NCBI GenBank assembly: GCA_976551045.1
Contig: CDPCPM010000239.1
Location: 5,394,001-5,458,000, forward strand
Source of the DNA: Glaucostegus cemiculus
Lineage: Eukaryota
DNA: 64,000 nt
Direction: 5' to 3'
This document shows positions 24,401 to 36,295 of this stretch, in pieces (positions within the stretch are counted from its first letter, which is position 1; every line of letters starts with the position of its first letter). The translations under genes were made by a program, and so were the position numbers. Under the pieces are notes generated by a model. That model worked only from the letters and a program-made list of their open reading frames with translations, made no database searches and was not told the DNA's origin.

Positions 24401-25349
24401 ACCCGATTTTTAAATCCATGTGGATTACTTCACTGACCTCCAAAAATGCTTTCAATCATTTTCCTTTATGAAACAATAAATCAGCCATGCCATCTGGTAA
24501 ATGACTGCACATACAGCTCATGGTGGATACCTTCAATGGACCAAGATATGAGGTCGCTACCAATTCAGTTCCATAAATTTCCTTTCAAAGAAATTAAAGC
24601 TTCTTTTTTATTAATAAGTGCAATAACTTGCTAGCTTGTCGCTAATGACTTCTGCTCAATAATTTCCAAGGGTGAGACTTGGAGATTTTTGAGACATTGA
24701 TTTGTGTACACTGTCACCAATGCAGTTAATGACAAAAGACTGTTACTGAGAAAAAAGGTGACAGTCCTTCAAATTGTTCAGGTGTCTATGGTTCTCTAGC
24801 ATACCCTTAGCTTGTTAAGGTAATACATTTTTGTCTTTGTGGGCTTTCCCTTTTAACGAGAAATTGGAAAAAGTGAAGTCTCACAATTATGCAGTGATAT
24901 GTATCACTGCATGCATTAAATTCCATAACATAACACAAGCTGTTGAATGTGTTCTATAATAGAATGCGGTGATCCATAATGTCTGGATTAGTCCCTTACT
25001 GGATCATCTTAGCTCATGGACTGGAATTCACCTTTTTTCCCCTGAATCTACTCTTTCAAAAGGTAGGTAGAGTGCAGGAATAGTACATGGAGCCAATCAT
25101 GAATACATAATAAAGGTGGACTAAGGAAAGCAAGTTCTCAGAAATTTAACGTCAACAGGCCTTCAAACTATCCTGATGCATTTTCTGGAATCAATCAATA
25201 AGCAAAATACAGTTGAGTTTCACTCTTTATCTTTAGACATTTCGAGACACAGGTAAAGTGGTTCAGGGCATTATTTACAAAATACTGGGAGAGTGGGGCA
25301 TTCTGACTCATAGGCATGAATCATAATAAAATCAAATAGCTTTAAGAAG

Positions 25350-25610
25350 GACTTCGTCAGTGACTGTGGGCAATAGTACCAAGTCATTTAGATCTAATGC
25401 TTTCAAGGTTTGAGTTCTTGGTTTGGGTGCCCTAACAGATCTCATCCAGAATCCTACTGATTTCACTGTCAGTAAGATGTTCTATGAGAGACAGCTGCCA
25501 AAGTTTGATAATTCTCAGGTGAGGATAGGTTTGGACTCATTTATGATCCCATTGTCATTCACTCCCCAGGCTTATCTGTAAAGAAAGGTCACTAGGATGA
25601 GATCCTTCAT
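25350..25610 (+). mobile_element. AmnSINE2-like ancient SINE
   Basis: aggtttgagttcttggt..gatctca, ggtgaggataggtttggactc and ccaggcttatctgtaaagaaaggtcactaggatgag resemble the recalled AmnSINE2 consensus. Confidence 0.45.
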
Positions 25611-26734
25611 TTAATTTGCAGCAAAAATAGAGAGACAGTGAAAATTTTAACACCTATTGTTAACTTGGGAGACTCTTTGAAAATCATGAAGGAACAACAA
25701 GCTTTTGAAGAATAGTGGCAAGATAATCATTAGAAAACGTAGTTGGATAGCAATGAACAACTATAACTCATAACAACTGAAGTTGAATACTCAAGATGCG
25801 GAGGAATTTGGCTGAAAACGCTAATCTGGTGATGTTTAGAAACATTCCAAGAATGGACCAGCATGTATTTCAACATGCTAATGGTTATGTTTATTTTGTA
25901 AATATATGACAGACAAGAATAAAAATTATGAATCCAAATGTAATTTTATTTTGTAAAAATGTATTAATTACTATGACCAAGGTTAAGAAAGTCTGGTTTT
26001 CCGGAGTGCAGAAAAAGTTGAATGTGTTATGATATTCACATGATGTTTGTGGCAGATCCAAGAGAAGCCAGGTACTTGGAAATGTGAAGAAACCTCAGGT
26101 TGAACTGAGCTGTCTATGGCCAATGGTCCCAAAGGGAACTGTTTTCAACCAGGGCCCTGCTGTAAGTCCAGGAGGTGCTTAGTGACAGATGCCAGTGTTT
26201 TCACCACCCTGCTCCAGCACTGGACTTGATGTGAAGAACATTATTGCAGGGAATCGAGCTCTGCCAACCTACACTGGCCAAATCAAGGGTCAGTTTAACA
26301 GAGATTTCTGACCTGGAGATTTGGAGGAAACAATTTTTCTTTCACTAAAGTTTTTTCATGTTTTAATCATGGCTATGTGCTTCAATGTGAATGACAACAT
26401 TAATATTTTGTTTAAGTGACTCTCAGTAATATAGACATTGCCTCCCAATTTTGACAGAAAGTGAAACTCTGCTCCCAGTCACCTTTGTGTCAAAGGTTGT
26501 CAGAAGACTTGGGGGTGACGGGGGTAGGGAGTGGGGAGAACAGGACGTTGGTACTTTACAGTCTGAGATCTAGCCCCGTTGAGCCCTCACTGTGTCTGAC
26601 ATCTGGTGGGAGTAAGTCAGCTTATTTGAACCTTCCCATCTGGGCAAGATGTGTGCAGGCAGATGAGGGTAGTGCACATGAGACTGGGAGATGGGCTTGA
26701 ATCAGGCCAGTGCATTAAGGTAGATTTGCCTGGC

Positions 26735-27142
26735 TAAGTTGAGAGTTGAGAAGAAAGAGGATCGATCTTATTCAAACATATAGGAGCCTAAAGTGGCATA
26801 ACAGAGTAGATGTTGAGATGTTTTCAATGATGGTCGCAAACAAGGGGACATGGTTACAAGATGAGGGGCCGGTCATTTAAAACCAAGATATGAAGAAATT
26901 TCATCTCACAAAGGATGGTGACTCTGGAATTCTCTATCCCAGAGAGTTGTGGAGGCTGGATCATTAGAAATATTTAAAGTAGAGGTAAATAAATGTTTTA
27001 AAGATCAGGTAATTGTGTCCTATGGGGACCTGGTGCAGAAAAAGGGTTAAGGCCTGGGGCAGATCAGCTTTGATCACGTTGAATGCTGATGCAGGTTTAA
27101 GGTGGCGGATGACCAATGCCTGCTCATATTTTCTTGTCTTCT
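26735..27142 (+). mobile_element. CR1/HER1 LINE 3' end
   Basis: agaagaaagaggatcgatcttattcaaacatatagg (RRxRGDLIxTYK-like), caaggggacatgg (RGH), tggaattctctatcccagagagttgtggaggctg and a 3' UTR. Confidence 0.8.
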
Positions 27143-30049
27143 TAAGTGGCACTGACATGAAAAAGCTTTCAGGTCAAGCCAAACCCTTCTTATATAGTTC
27201 TTTTATGGCTACCAGATCTGCTTTAGGCCTTGTCCTCTTGGTGCCAAACATAAAAGAAATGGAATATGATTGAGTGAGCTGCATATAGGAAAAAGAAAAG
27301 CAATTTAGTCATGGGTAGCAAATGCAATTCAGAAAAAGCCCAACATTTCAGAAGAGTAAGCATCAGCAATCTGCTCCAGTTTTCTATAATTCTTTCCACT
27401 GTCAAACATTCACTTCAGTGTGAAATGGAACATTCAGAATGTAGACCAAGCAGTAAAATACAAAGGCAGTTGGAAAGTGCCTTGACTTTTTATTTCAGGT
27501 AGGAATATAACCCAAGATCTGTCTAAATCAATCATAAACTCAATACTGCCTATTTCACTTTTGCAAAACACATCACGTTCTTTCAGTAAATTCTCCATAC
27601 AGATAATTTTATTATAGTTATATTTTGTTCCATAATATCTGATTATATTAAATGTCATTCTAAATCTTTTCACAGAGGGAAAACGATGGTTCAATACATA
27701 AAGGAATGTACCCTGAAACAAGTGAGATGGTTTGGCTGAAGTTTTCAGATTAGTTGCACCTGGACACACTGCTGGGTAATTTCTACCATTTCAAAATGCC
27801 AACAAGTACTGGAAGTTTGATGTGTTAAGAAAATATTGAATTCAATTTATCCCCCCTAAACAGGCTTTTGCATGGCAGTAATGTTACTTATTAAGCTTGT
27901 TGAGGCTTTCAGTTCTCATCAGCAGTAAAGGAGATCTTCCAGTTCAAATCTTGCATACACAAAAGGAAACTGGCCCCTCTCTGGTCTTTAAACTTCTGCT
28001 TCCAAAACATGAGCACTCACATCACACCCCTCAGCGCACTACCTCAACAAAACCTGTCATTCCCCACTGCCATCATGACCACCCTGAATCTCTTCAGATC
28101 CCCTGACATTTTCTGAACACCAAACAGTGGCAACTGTTTTGGGCTGTGGTGAGTCAATGGTATGTTCAGGTATTTGAAGAGGTACATTGAATAGATTCAC
28201 ATTATACACATGAAGATATATGCATCAGTTCTTATTGTGGTTAACTATTATTGAGGTGGGGATATGACCCTGTTAACCTCTGTCCATTTCTATATGAAGA
28301 ACAAATTATCTCTGTGGGACCAAAACCCAAAAAACATCAATGGGGAAAACCAAAAAAAAATGCTAAATATAGAAACACAAGGTCAGATAGTATATAAAAA
28401 GAGTACTTTGTAAAAGAACAAAAAAAATCTTTCAAATACTGCAAGCAAAATAAGGATAGTTTGAGCACAGCACCAAGACCTCTTGCAGAATTTGAATCAA
28501 ATACCCTGTTTGTTTCTACAAGAATCTTGGCAATTCTGTGTAATTATCAACTCACTTGAACTCAAAGACTATAATGGAATTTATATTTGCTCTTACTGGA
28601 CTATCAATAATTTAATTCAAGACTGTTCCAAAAAAATCTTGTACAAAGCAACTTGAAAGTTGAACTAAAACTCCAGAGAATCCTTTCAATAGTATGCATG
28701 CAAGCACATAATAAATCTTAAATATCCAGCTTTTGGGTCTTATCATTGGCTGAGCTTTGAGAGCCTTCTGATTCCTATTCGACAGTGGGAAATAAGGTAC
28801 AAGGTTGACCAGAGGGCTTTCTGGACTGGGTTGTCCTTGATTTGGATCATCTCTGAGGTTACTTTACCGATCATGCTGAATGAACCTAGTCACTGGTGTG
28901 TGCAAAGGAGGAAAAGGATCTCCTCTGGCAACACAAAATGACAAAGTGTGCTGTCTTGGAGCTTATAAACTTTAAGCTGTGGTTCAGCAATGTAGATCAG
29001 TTGACTAGGTGGTCTGTAAAACTAAAATCCAAACTGAACTTGAATCCCATGTACATTTAAGTGCAACAGATCAGGGTAAATCCCGAAAGTGAAGAAAAAA
29101 GGTAAATTCTTCAAATTAGGTATTAGGTGGCTTTGTTTTGGTGGAAGGAATAAAATAAATGGGTTACTGTGCAAGAGGCACCTACACATGTAAAACCAAA
29201 AAAAAACTGCAGTCAGTAACACATGTTCACAATTTGATTAATTTCTGTCATCTGTATCAGAATTGGAACGACTTTTCTCATCTTTTAAGGCAGTTCAGAA
29301 ATTCTACCCTTGAATTACATTTTAATGGTGCAGCTGGGATCTGATCATAGGCATGTCTGAATTATTATAAAACAGGGCAACACTTACATCCATCATGAAC
29401 CAATTTTCTATGCTCTAAATTCACACTAAACCTTGATGGTGCTTTGAACATTATGTATGCTGCTCAAATCATTGCTTCTGCTTTTCATTTCTTTCAGACT
29501 TAGGATTTTCATAACTACCTTGATATGGTGACATGGGTGACTAATTGTGTGACCTCCAATAGATATTTCCCTATGTGAAATAAAAATCTCTTTACTCAAC
29601 CTGCTTTTGAAAAGAAGGATTAAAGACTGAAATGTGAAGTAAGATATACATGCAAAGCCCAAAATATGTGCCAATTCATCATAAAAATTTTAATTTTAAT
29701 TTTTTTTGCATTATTGCATTTCCCATGTCAGATATAGTTGATGCATGAACACCCCCTGGTTGAAGTTAGATGAGGTCAATTCCAGTTCTGTCCTGATACA
29801 TGAAAGTGTGCACATCAGAACCTGGATTGCAGACAAAGTGCAAAGGACAGGCTGCTAGTTGTAAACCGTATCTTGCCAGAAGTATTTCAGTTACTAACAG
29901 CAATAGATCAGAGACAAGGGGAGAACCCTCCACACGTACATGAAATCAGTCGATTGATTAATTGCACTGGAGAGAGAAATACAGTCATAAATCAACATGA
30001 ATTGCTAGTTTCCATGCACTTTTTCTACGTGCCTGTCACAGAAACCTTC

Positions 30050-30520
30050 TTCCATGCCATTATCACTTCCAGTCATGATTATTCCAGTTCTCTCTTGGCT
30101 AGCTTTTCATTCTTCACCCTCCATAAATTTTCCTCATTGCAAACTGTGTCCCTCTCTCCCACCCACAACAAATCTGGCACATCTAACACCCTTGCCCTTA
30201 CTATTTTACACTGGATCACTTACAAATTCAAAGCATTATTTTTTTTTATGATCTGGTCCCACCTTGTCCCTCCAGTGTCTTTCAGCCTGTCAACTGTTCT
30301 TTTAACTCCAGTTTTAGTGCATCACCACTGTACGTCACCTCAGTCTAACATTCTGAAATCCCTTCTCACCCACCCCACCCCAACTCTCTATCTCCTTTTC
30401 TTAATGTAAGGATACCCATCCCCTTTGGCTTCACTTTCCAATGTGTCTTTCCTTGCCCTGGAGAAAAAGGACTGATTACAAAACTGTGAAGTGCATTGGA
30501 ACATCTTTGAAAAGAGCAAC
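30050..30520 (+). mobile_element. L2 LINE C-terminal remnant
   Basis: HLTP../LTILHW..KFKALFF resembles L2 HITP..LHWLP..FK; tail ctgtgaagtgcattggaacat. Confidence 0.45.
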
Positions 30521-30739
30521 AAGGCTTTCAAGATGCTGGAAAATAAACTTCACCTCATGGTTCTTCTAAGGAGCATTGACCCTTCTTAAAGCATATATAA
30601 TATTTGAGTTTAAAATCTCCTCAGTGAAAGATGGTACATCTTGTAAGATCAAAATGGTTTATCTGCAGAAGACACTTTTAACCCATCTGGTTTGCTGTTC
30701 AATAGACCAAACACTAAATAACCCATCATGGATTCAAAT

Positions 30740-31193
30740 TGTCAGATCTGGTTATTTTCGAATCCGTAGGTTCTTTCAGGAGTCCAAGAATGAGTTGAAA
30801 ACAACTTGGTGCTTCACAGTTTTATTAAAAAAGTTTAAAACAAACAAAATGTCACAGAGCACATGGCGCTAGCTTTACTACTAGGCCATGAGCCAAGATA
30901 AATAAACTAAAAATGAGCTAGGGCCAGGGGGGTAAGAGAGCAAGAGAGTGATTAACAAAAATCTACACCTTTGCACCTGAGATAAGAGGTACTCCTTAGC
31001 TAACAATAGTCCAATCAGAAAGCCTATCAGTTACCCATGGCAAAACTAACCAATGAGATAACACATATTAACCTGATGGACAAACCAATAAGCTAAGAAG
31101 CAGCTATTCCTTGTGCAGCCACTTGAGGTGTATTAAACACCATACATGTTAAAAAAAAACTTCGTAACACTTCTTAAAACAGTCAAATCCAAC
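30740..31193 (-). mobile_element. LTR-like element (possible solo LTR)
   Basis: Begins tgtcaga; tttatt (minus-strand AATAAA) at about 30821; three CCAAT boxes at 31010-31090; candidate ends cgtaaca (31169) or ccaaca (31193). TSD not clean. Confidence 0.45.
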
Positions 31194-32344
31194 ACAATCC
31201 ACCTACTTCATCTCCTGAAAACTTGGTACACTCAATTCATTTCAATGATAACAAAGGGAAACTCCAGAATAATAATTTATCTTCACAAATGGAAGTTTGT
31301 TTTTAATGGTCCAGAAGGTTGATTTAAAGATTTGATAGTTATCTGTGATATCTTTCACAAATAAATTAATATTGTTAATTCAGGGACAGGGAAATGGATA
31401 AAAAGAGAGGATAATAAAACAAACAGCTACAAAACCAAATCTATATAAATTAGCAACACTTGCTCTGCATGAGCTGCTATATCTGACCTCGTGGTTGTTC
31501 AGACTGAAATCCAACTGTGATCTGCATTTTGCCACTTTATTGATACAACCTTGCACAGTCACTCCATATTAATGTGGCCCAGCATAGATATCCCACTGTG
31601 ACTGTTATTACTTAATTAAATACTAAAAAGAACTCAGAACAGGTTATGCATTTTAATGAATTCTAAAGAAGCTTTTCAATGAATATATAGCAATAGCTAA
31701 TAGTTGTTCTGAGAAAGAGAGGATCTCAAGTTTGGTTTCTTAAAGATGGGAAAGAAAATCAATACAAAGATAGTATTTGGTGTAATGCTCCAAAGATAAC
31801 ATTCATCACCCAGCAGAATAATAGAAAAACTTATTTCATTAAAATGGCTATTAATGTTTTAACAGTTCTATATTCACCAAAACATCCTCCCTTGCACAGT
31901 CAAACACTGAAAAGTGCCTTCATCCGTTGAATGCTGAATTTTCCTTGAGCTGTTTATTTTCTGCTTTTCAGCCTCTGTAAGATTCATTTTATTTTTGTTT
32001 TTTTTCTCCTTTCCTTCCATTTGCTTCCACTGGCTGTTCATCACTGGTACGTGTCCCATACCAGTAAGGTAGCTTTGACTGCATGGACCATAGATTTCCT
32101 CACAGCTATTATTAATGTTGTTCCATGCAGGAGTTGTGCCTGCAGGAGGTACAACTGAAGTGGTACAAAATAGAAGTGTCAATTTTCTTTCCTTCCCTCA
32201 CCACTAGTGGCCTTCCCAAAAATTGATGAAATTCACCCAACCATGGCCAGCAGACTAAATAATAGGCTGTCCTTGGACTCAAACTACCAACTTTCTCTTG
32301 CGAGTTCGTGTTAAATTGTTTCAATTTTTTCTTACAGGAATCAT

Positions 32345-32990
32345 GGGTTGGATTGCTTTGGACCCAGCCCACTGCCCAGACTCAAAGCTCATGCTCGCTG
32401 CCTACCAACGCTTACTTTGAGGGACAAACAACCTGACTCTCTCCCCCTAAATGGCATCCTGTAAAGCAGAGCAGACTCTGATCAGCCAGTTAGCCTTGAT
32501 CAATGCATCTTGGGAGACTACTATCACAAGGCTTTCTAGCTGAGTGTGAAAAGGCAATAAAAAAGATTTTTTAACAATTTTTAAACCTCTTTAATTTACA
32601 TGTTTTTGTTGATTACTTTTAATTATTGAAATCAATTATCAGCAATGAAAATAGATTTTAATCATCCAAAAATAATAATTTAACAAAAGTGTGTTAATTA
32701 AAATGATTAAGAACAGTAAAATAAAGCAAAATAAGTAAAGCACTTAGACTTAACATTTTCCACAGGGTCAGCAGTCTCAGATGCATGGAATCTCCATCTA
32801 CACACCCGTGCTCCCTGATGGAACGCTAGGTCCAGATTTAACGTGCAGTCACCCCTCTGCCGCTCGGCTCAACAGTGAACCTGGTAGCAGAGGTGACATT
32901 CTGAGGCATCTGACCTTCCAGGTGTCTCAGACTTGCACGTTAGACACTGCATGCATGGTCTGAGACATCCCTAGGTTCCAATAATCCTCA
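32345..32990. mobile_element. Possible non-autonomous DNA transposon (Harbinger-like)
   Basis: Starts gggttggatt; GC-richer arms around an AT-rich core, like 8358-9455. Right TIR not confirmed. Confidence 0.3.
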
Positions 32991-33069
32991 GGTTATTTTG
33001 TTCTCTTCAGAACCTACCCATCAGCACAATTTGGCACAACTGATTTGTAACACCAGCACATATCATTAA

Positions 33070-33300
33070 ATGGCAGAAGGAAGTGTAAGTGTTCTGAGTC
33101 CATCATCGAATCGATGTAAAAATTAATCTGGACGATAGCTAATATTCAGCATCTTTAAACACAATGTTACTGCTTTGTGCAAGTCATTTCGCCAGCTGGT
33201 ACTCCAATCCACTATCTACCATGTATAAGAAATGACATCAGTTGTTGTCAGCTTGTGAAGAAATTCATCCACTATTACTCTGGCCATTTCCCATACCTTT
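33070..33300. promoter_or_regulatory. Putative conserved non-coding element
   Basis: catcgaatcgatg palindrome, aattaat, acaatg and tgacatcagttgttgtcag; CpG retention. Confidence 0.35.
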
Positions 33301-33674
33301 TATATTAAGTGTGAAATAATAGGTTTTAAAAGACAATGAACACTTACAATAAACTTGGACTATGATTTCCAGGATTTTTTTAAAAGACACAGATCACAGA
33401 GATCAAGCCAGTGAAACTAGTTGAGCTTATTCTGCAAGGAAAATTATGCAGAAGATTTTGTCAGTAGATACAAAATATACCACTTTATCATGTTCCAAAA
33501 CAAAAGTTCTGTCTCCTGAAATAGTACCTCAAATAAATTTTAATGTGGGTCAAGGTTGGAAATATGCATTACACAAGATCCTACAAAAATTAAATTTGAT
33601 TAATAATCTTGAATTTAACAGAAGTAGTTGCATATTTTAAATAACAACCACAAAGATACTGTGTTTTGCTAAAA

Positions 33675-33850
33675 CCAATTGAGTTCACTGATGTCTCTCA
33701 GAGAAGAAAATCTGCCATTCTTACCTACATGTGACCAGACTTAAGTGTTCTCTGAGAAGCCCAAGAAACTATTCTTGTCAAGGACAACTAGGGATGGGCA
33801 ATACATGGTGACCTCACTGGTAATGCTTGGATTTCCACAAATGAAAAAGA
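33675..33850 (+). mobile_element. Old SINE 3' portion
   Basis: gttcactgatgtc..gaagaaaatctgccattcttacct..caactagggatgggcaata..atgaaaaaa; same family as 20145-20850. Confidence 0.5.
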
Positions 33851-34456
33851 AGCAAAAGCTTGGACATTAGTGTAACTGGGAGACTTAACCATATGCAGTG
33901 TCAATATGATTATATTTTGCACTTTGCTTTGATGTTTAAACGTGCAATAGAAAGAAAAGATTAATACATCGCAATTTGTGGAAAGTTGTTCCATCATCAT
34001 TTACTTGTGGCTGATTGTGGTCAGAGACTTCACGAATAAAAGCTAACCAAATGGAATTAGACTGAAGTCAACGTTGTCATCCTTATTCACCCTTAGGTGC
34101 CAATCTCAGTGACAGTAGTATCTCTTTGCTTGAGACAGTAATCTTTAAATCTGTTGAGGAAAATAACTGAACCATTTTCTCCTGAGAAGTGTCTTCAAAT
34201 ATTCAGATTAAATCGAGGTGATGCAACTAAAGTTGAAAACTGACACATGTTCAGATTGCTTACTTATCACCTCCTTTATGCACACAGGAAGCAAGCTGCC
34301 ATAAATTCATAGCATTAGTTGGCTTAACTACACTTCCAAGTAATAAATATAAAATCCAAGATTTCCTATATTTGATTGGAATTGAAACTAGAATAGACTT
34401 ATGTACGGACCTGTGAACCTTCCACTTAATGGAAAGTTAAATTGGAATAGGCGTCA

Positions 34457-34670
34457 AAAATTGCAGATGCTGGAGATCTGAAATATGTAAAACAAAAACA
34501 AAGTGTAATGGAAACACTCAGCAGATCAGGCAGTATCTATGGAAAGAGATACTGTGTTTCAGGTGTGAGACTGATGAAAGATCTTAACTCTGAATTATTA
34601 ACTCCATTTCTCTTTTGACAGTTGTTTCCCGACTTGCCAATTATTTCCAGCACTTTTTATTACTTTTTGT
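34457..34670. mobile_element. Penelope pLTR-derived palindromic element
   Basis: tgcagatgctggagatctgaaat..ggaaacactcagcagatcaggcagtatctatgg, central ctgatgaaagatcttaactctgaa, and an inverted arm ending tttccagcac. Confidence 0.7.
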
Positions 34671-34789
34671 TATCAAACTAGGATAAGGCTGTGCAGGCAG
34701 CTGTGAGTCCTTCACTCAGTGGAAACAGAACAAAATCATGTGTAGTCACAGATGCTTCATGCAACCAAGGTGAGAATGAGATTTAGAGG

Positions 34790-35040
34790 TCATTAACTGA
34801 TTCTTGATTTGGCCATCGTCCAACCAGAGAAAGATTAAGAAATCCAAATTTTATAGAAATCAAACCCATTGAAATAGTCATGAAACAATTGAACTCTGTA
34901 CAATGGCAAAGCTTGATTATGGTCCATCTGGCTGTGACTCTGGAGTAATTTTGCTGCAAACAATACCCAATACCGTAATTGCTAACTATTGTTACGCTCA
35001 TTAGAATTTGCTGAAAGGAGACAATGTTTGACAAAAGGAA
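34790..35040. promoter_or_regulatory. Putative conserved non-coding element
   Basis: TE-free; several ACAAT SOX-like sites, cgtaattg, ctcattag and retained CpGs. Confidence 0.4.
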
Positions 35041-36235
35041 GGAGAGTTCAAAAGCTGAATTTTACAAGGATGTTTTATTTTCTTGTGGCACTTTTGAATT
35101 ACAGGAAGGTCACCTCTTTATCCATTTTTTTTTCAGTGGAGTGAATTGAAACAGCATTACATAAATGACAGGAACATTGCTGTATTAAAACAAGCCTTCA
35201 GATTCTAGGGTTTAACTCAATCATTGCCTGTCCTACAGAAGTTACCTTTGCAAATTTAGTTAAATCCAATGACACAGGGGCATATAGATATTTATGTGCT
35301 GGATTTCAGTTGTGAAACATAATCATCTTTTAGCACATCACATAACTATATCACTGAGAGATTACAAAAGAGGCAAAACGTTAACATATGGAAACCAAAT
35401 CTCTTGAATAGATCTCAGTCCACTGGCAGGAGAATGGGATACTGCAGTGCAAGCCCTCAACAAGTACAGCTCTGATACTCCTACTACATTCAGTTAACAA
35501 AGGCATTGGACACCAAAGAAACTAAAAGAACTCAAAGCTTGACAATCATTCCTCGTCAACTACGGCAGAGATTTAAAGGTAGTGTGATATAAGGCTCAAA
35601 AATGCCTCTTGATCTTGTCATCTGTTTCCACCAAATACGTCAGTGACTAGACAAGCTGGTTCAGTAGACATTTTAAAAAGAAGGGTGAACAATAAATGTG
35701 TCCTTGCCAGCATCATCCATGTCCATTAATAAATGTGATAAAGGGATAGAGGTGTGAATAGAATGCCAGGGCCCAAGTAAAAAAGGATGTGGGAGAAGGC
35801 TGAGGAAGATAGCTAGAAGTGGTGTGAAACTAGACAATTGGAAGATAAGGATACAGATTTTATATTAAGAAAAATACATTAAGGGATAGAAAGTCAATGT
35901 GGCACAATAAGAAAGGGCTTTAAACTGAGTAATTGCATTTCCTCTTGAGTGGCTGCCTTTTATACAACTTGAGTTTAATGAGTGTCACTTTAAAAATGGG
36001 ATTCCAGAATGAAGGATATTGTGAGAGTTTAATCTTAACGTGTAAAGGCATGGCACAGAGTATGGCAGAAGTGCGTTATAGATGTAAGCAATATTGGAAA
36101 AGTTGAATTAACCAGTCTTGCTGATGAAATAAATCTGAGCTTTGAAACCTATTCTTTATCAAATTTTTTGCAAAAACTTAATTGAATCCAAGCCTGATAA
36201 TAAACAGTGAGGTAAGGAAAAGTGCTTGATGCAGG

Positions 36236-36295
36236 TTCTCTCTCTACTCTCATGACTGTGTGGCTAGGCACAGCTCAAACACCATCTTTCAATTT
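36236..36295 (+). mobile_element. Isolated 60-bp internal Rex1-type RT fragment
   Basis: Translates to FSLYSHDCVARHSSNTIFQF, resembling Rex1/Babar SLYTHDCVAxHSSNxIxKFADD. Confidence 0.75.

Noticed and set aside
29873-30409. 178-aa plus ORF
   Set aside because: Non-ATG start, overlaps an L2 remnant, and has pyrimidine-rich low-stop composition.
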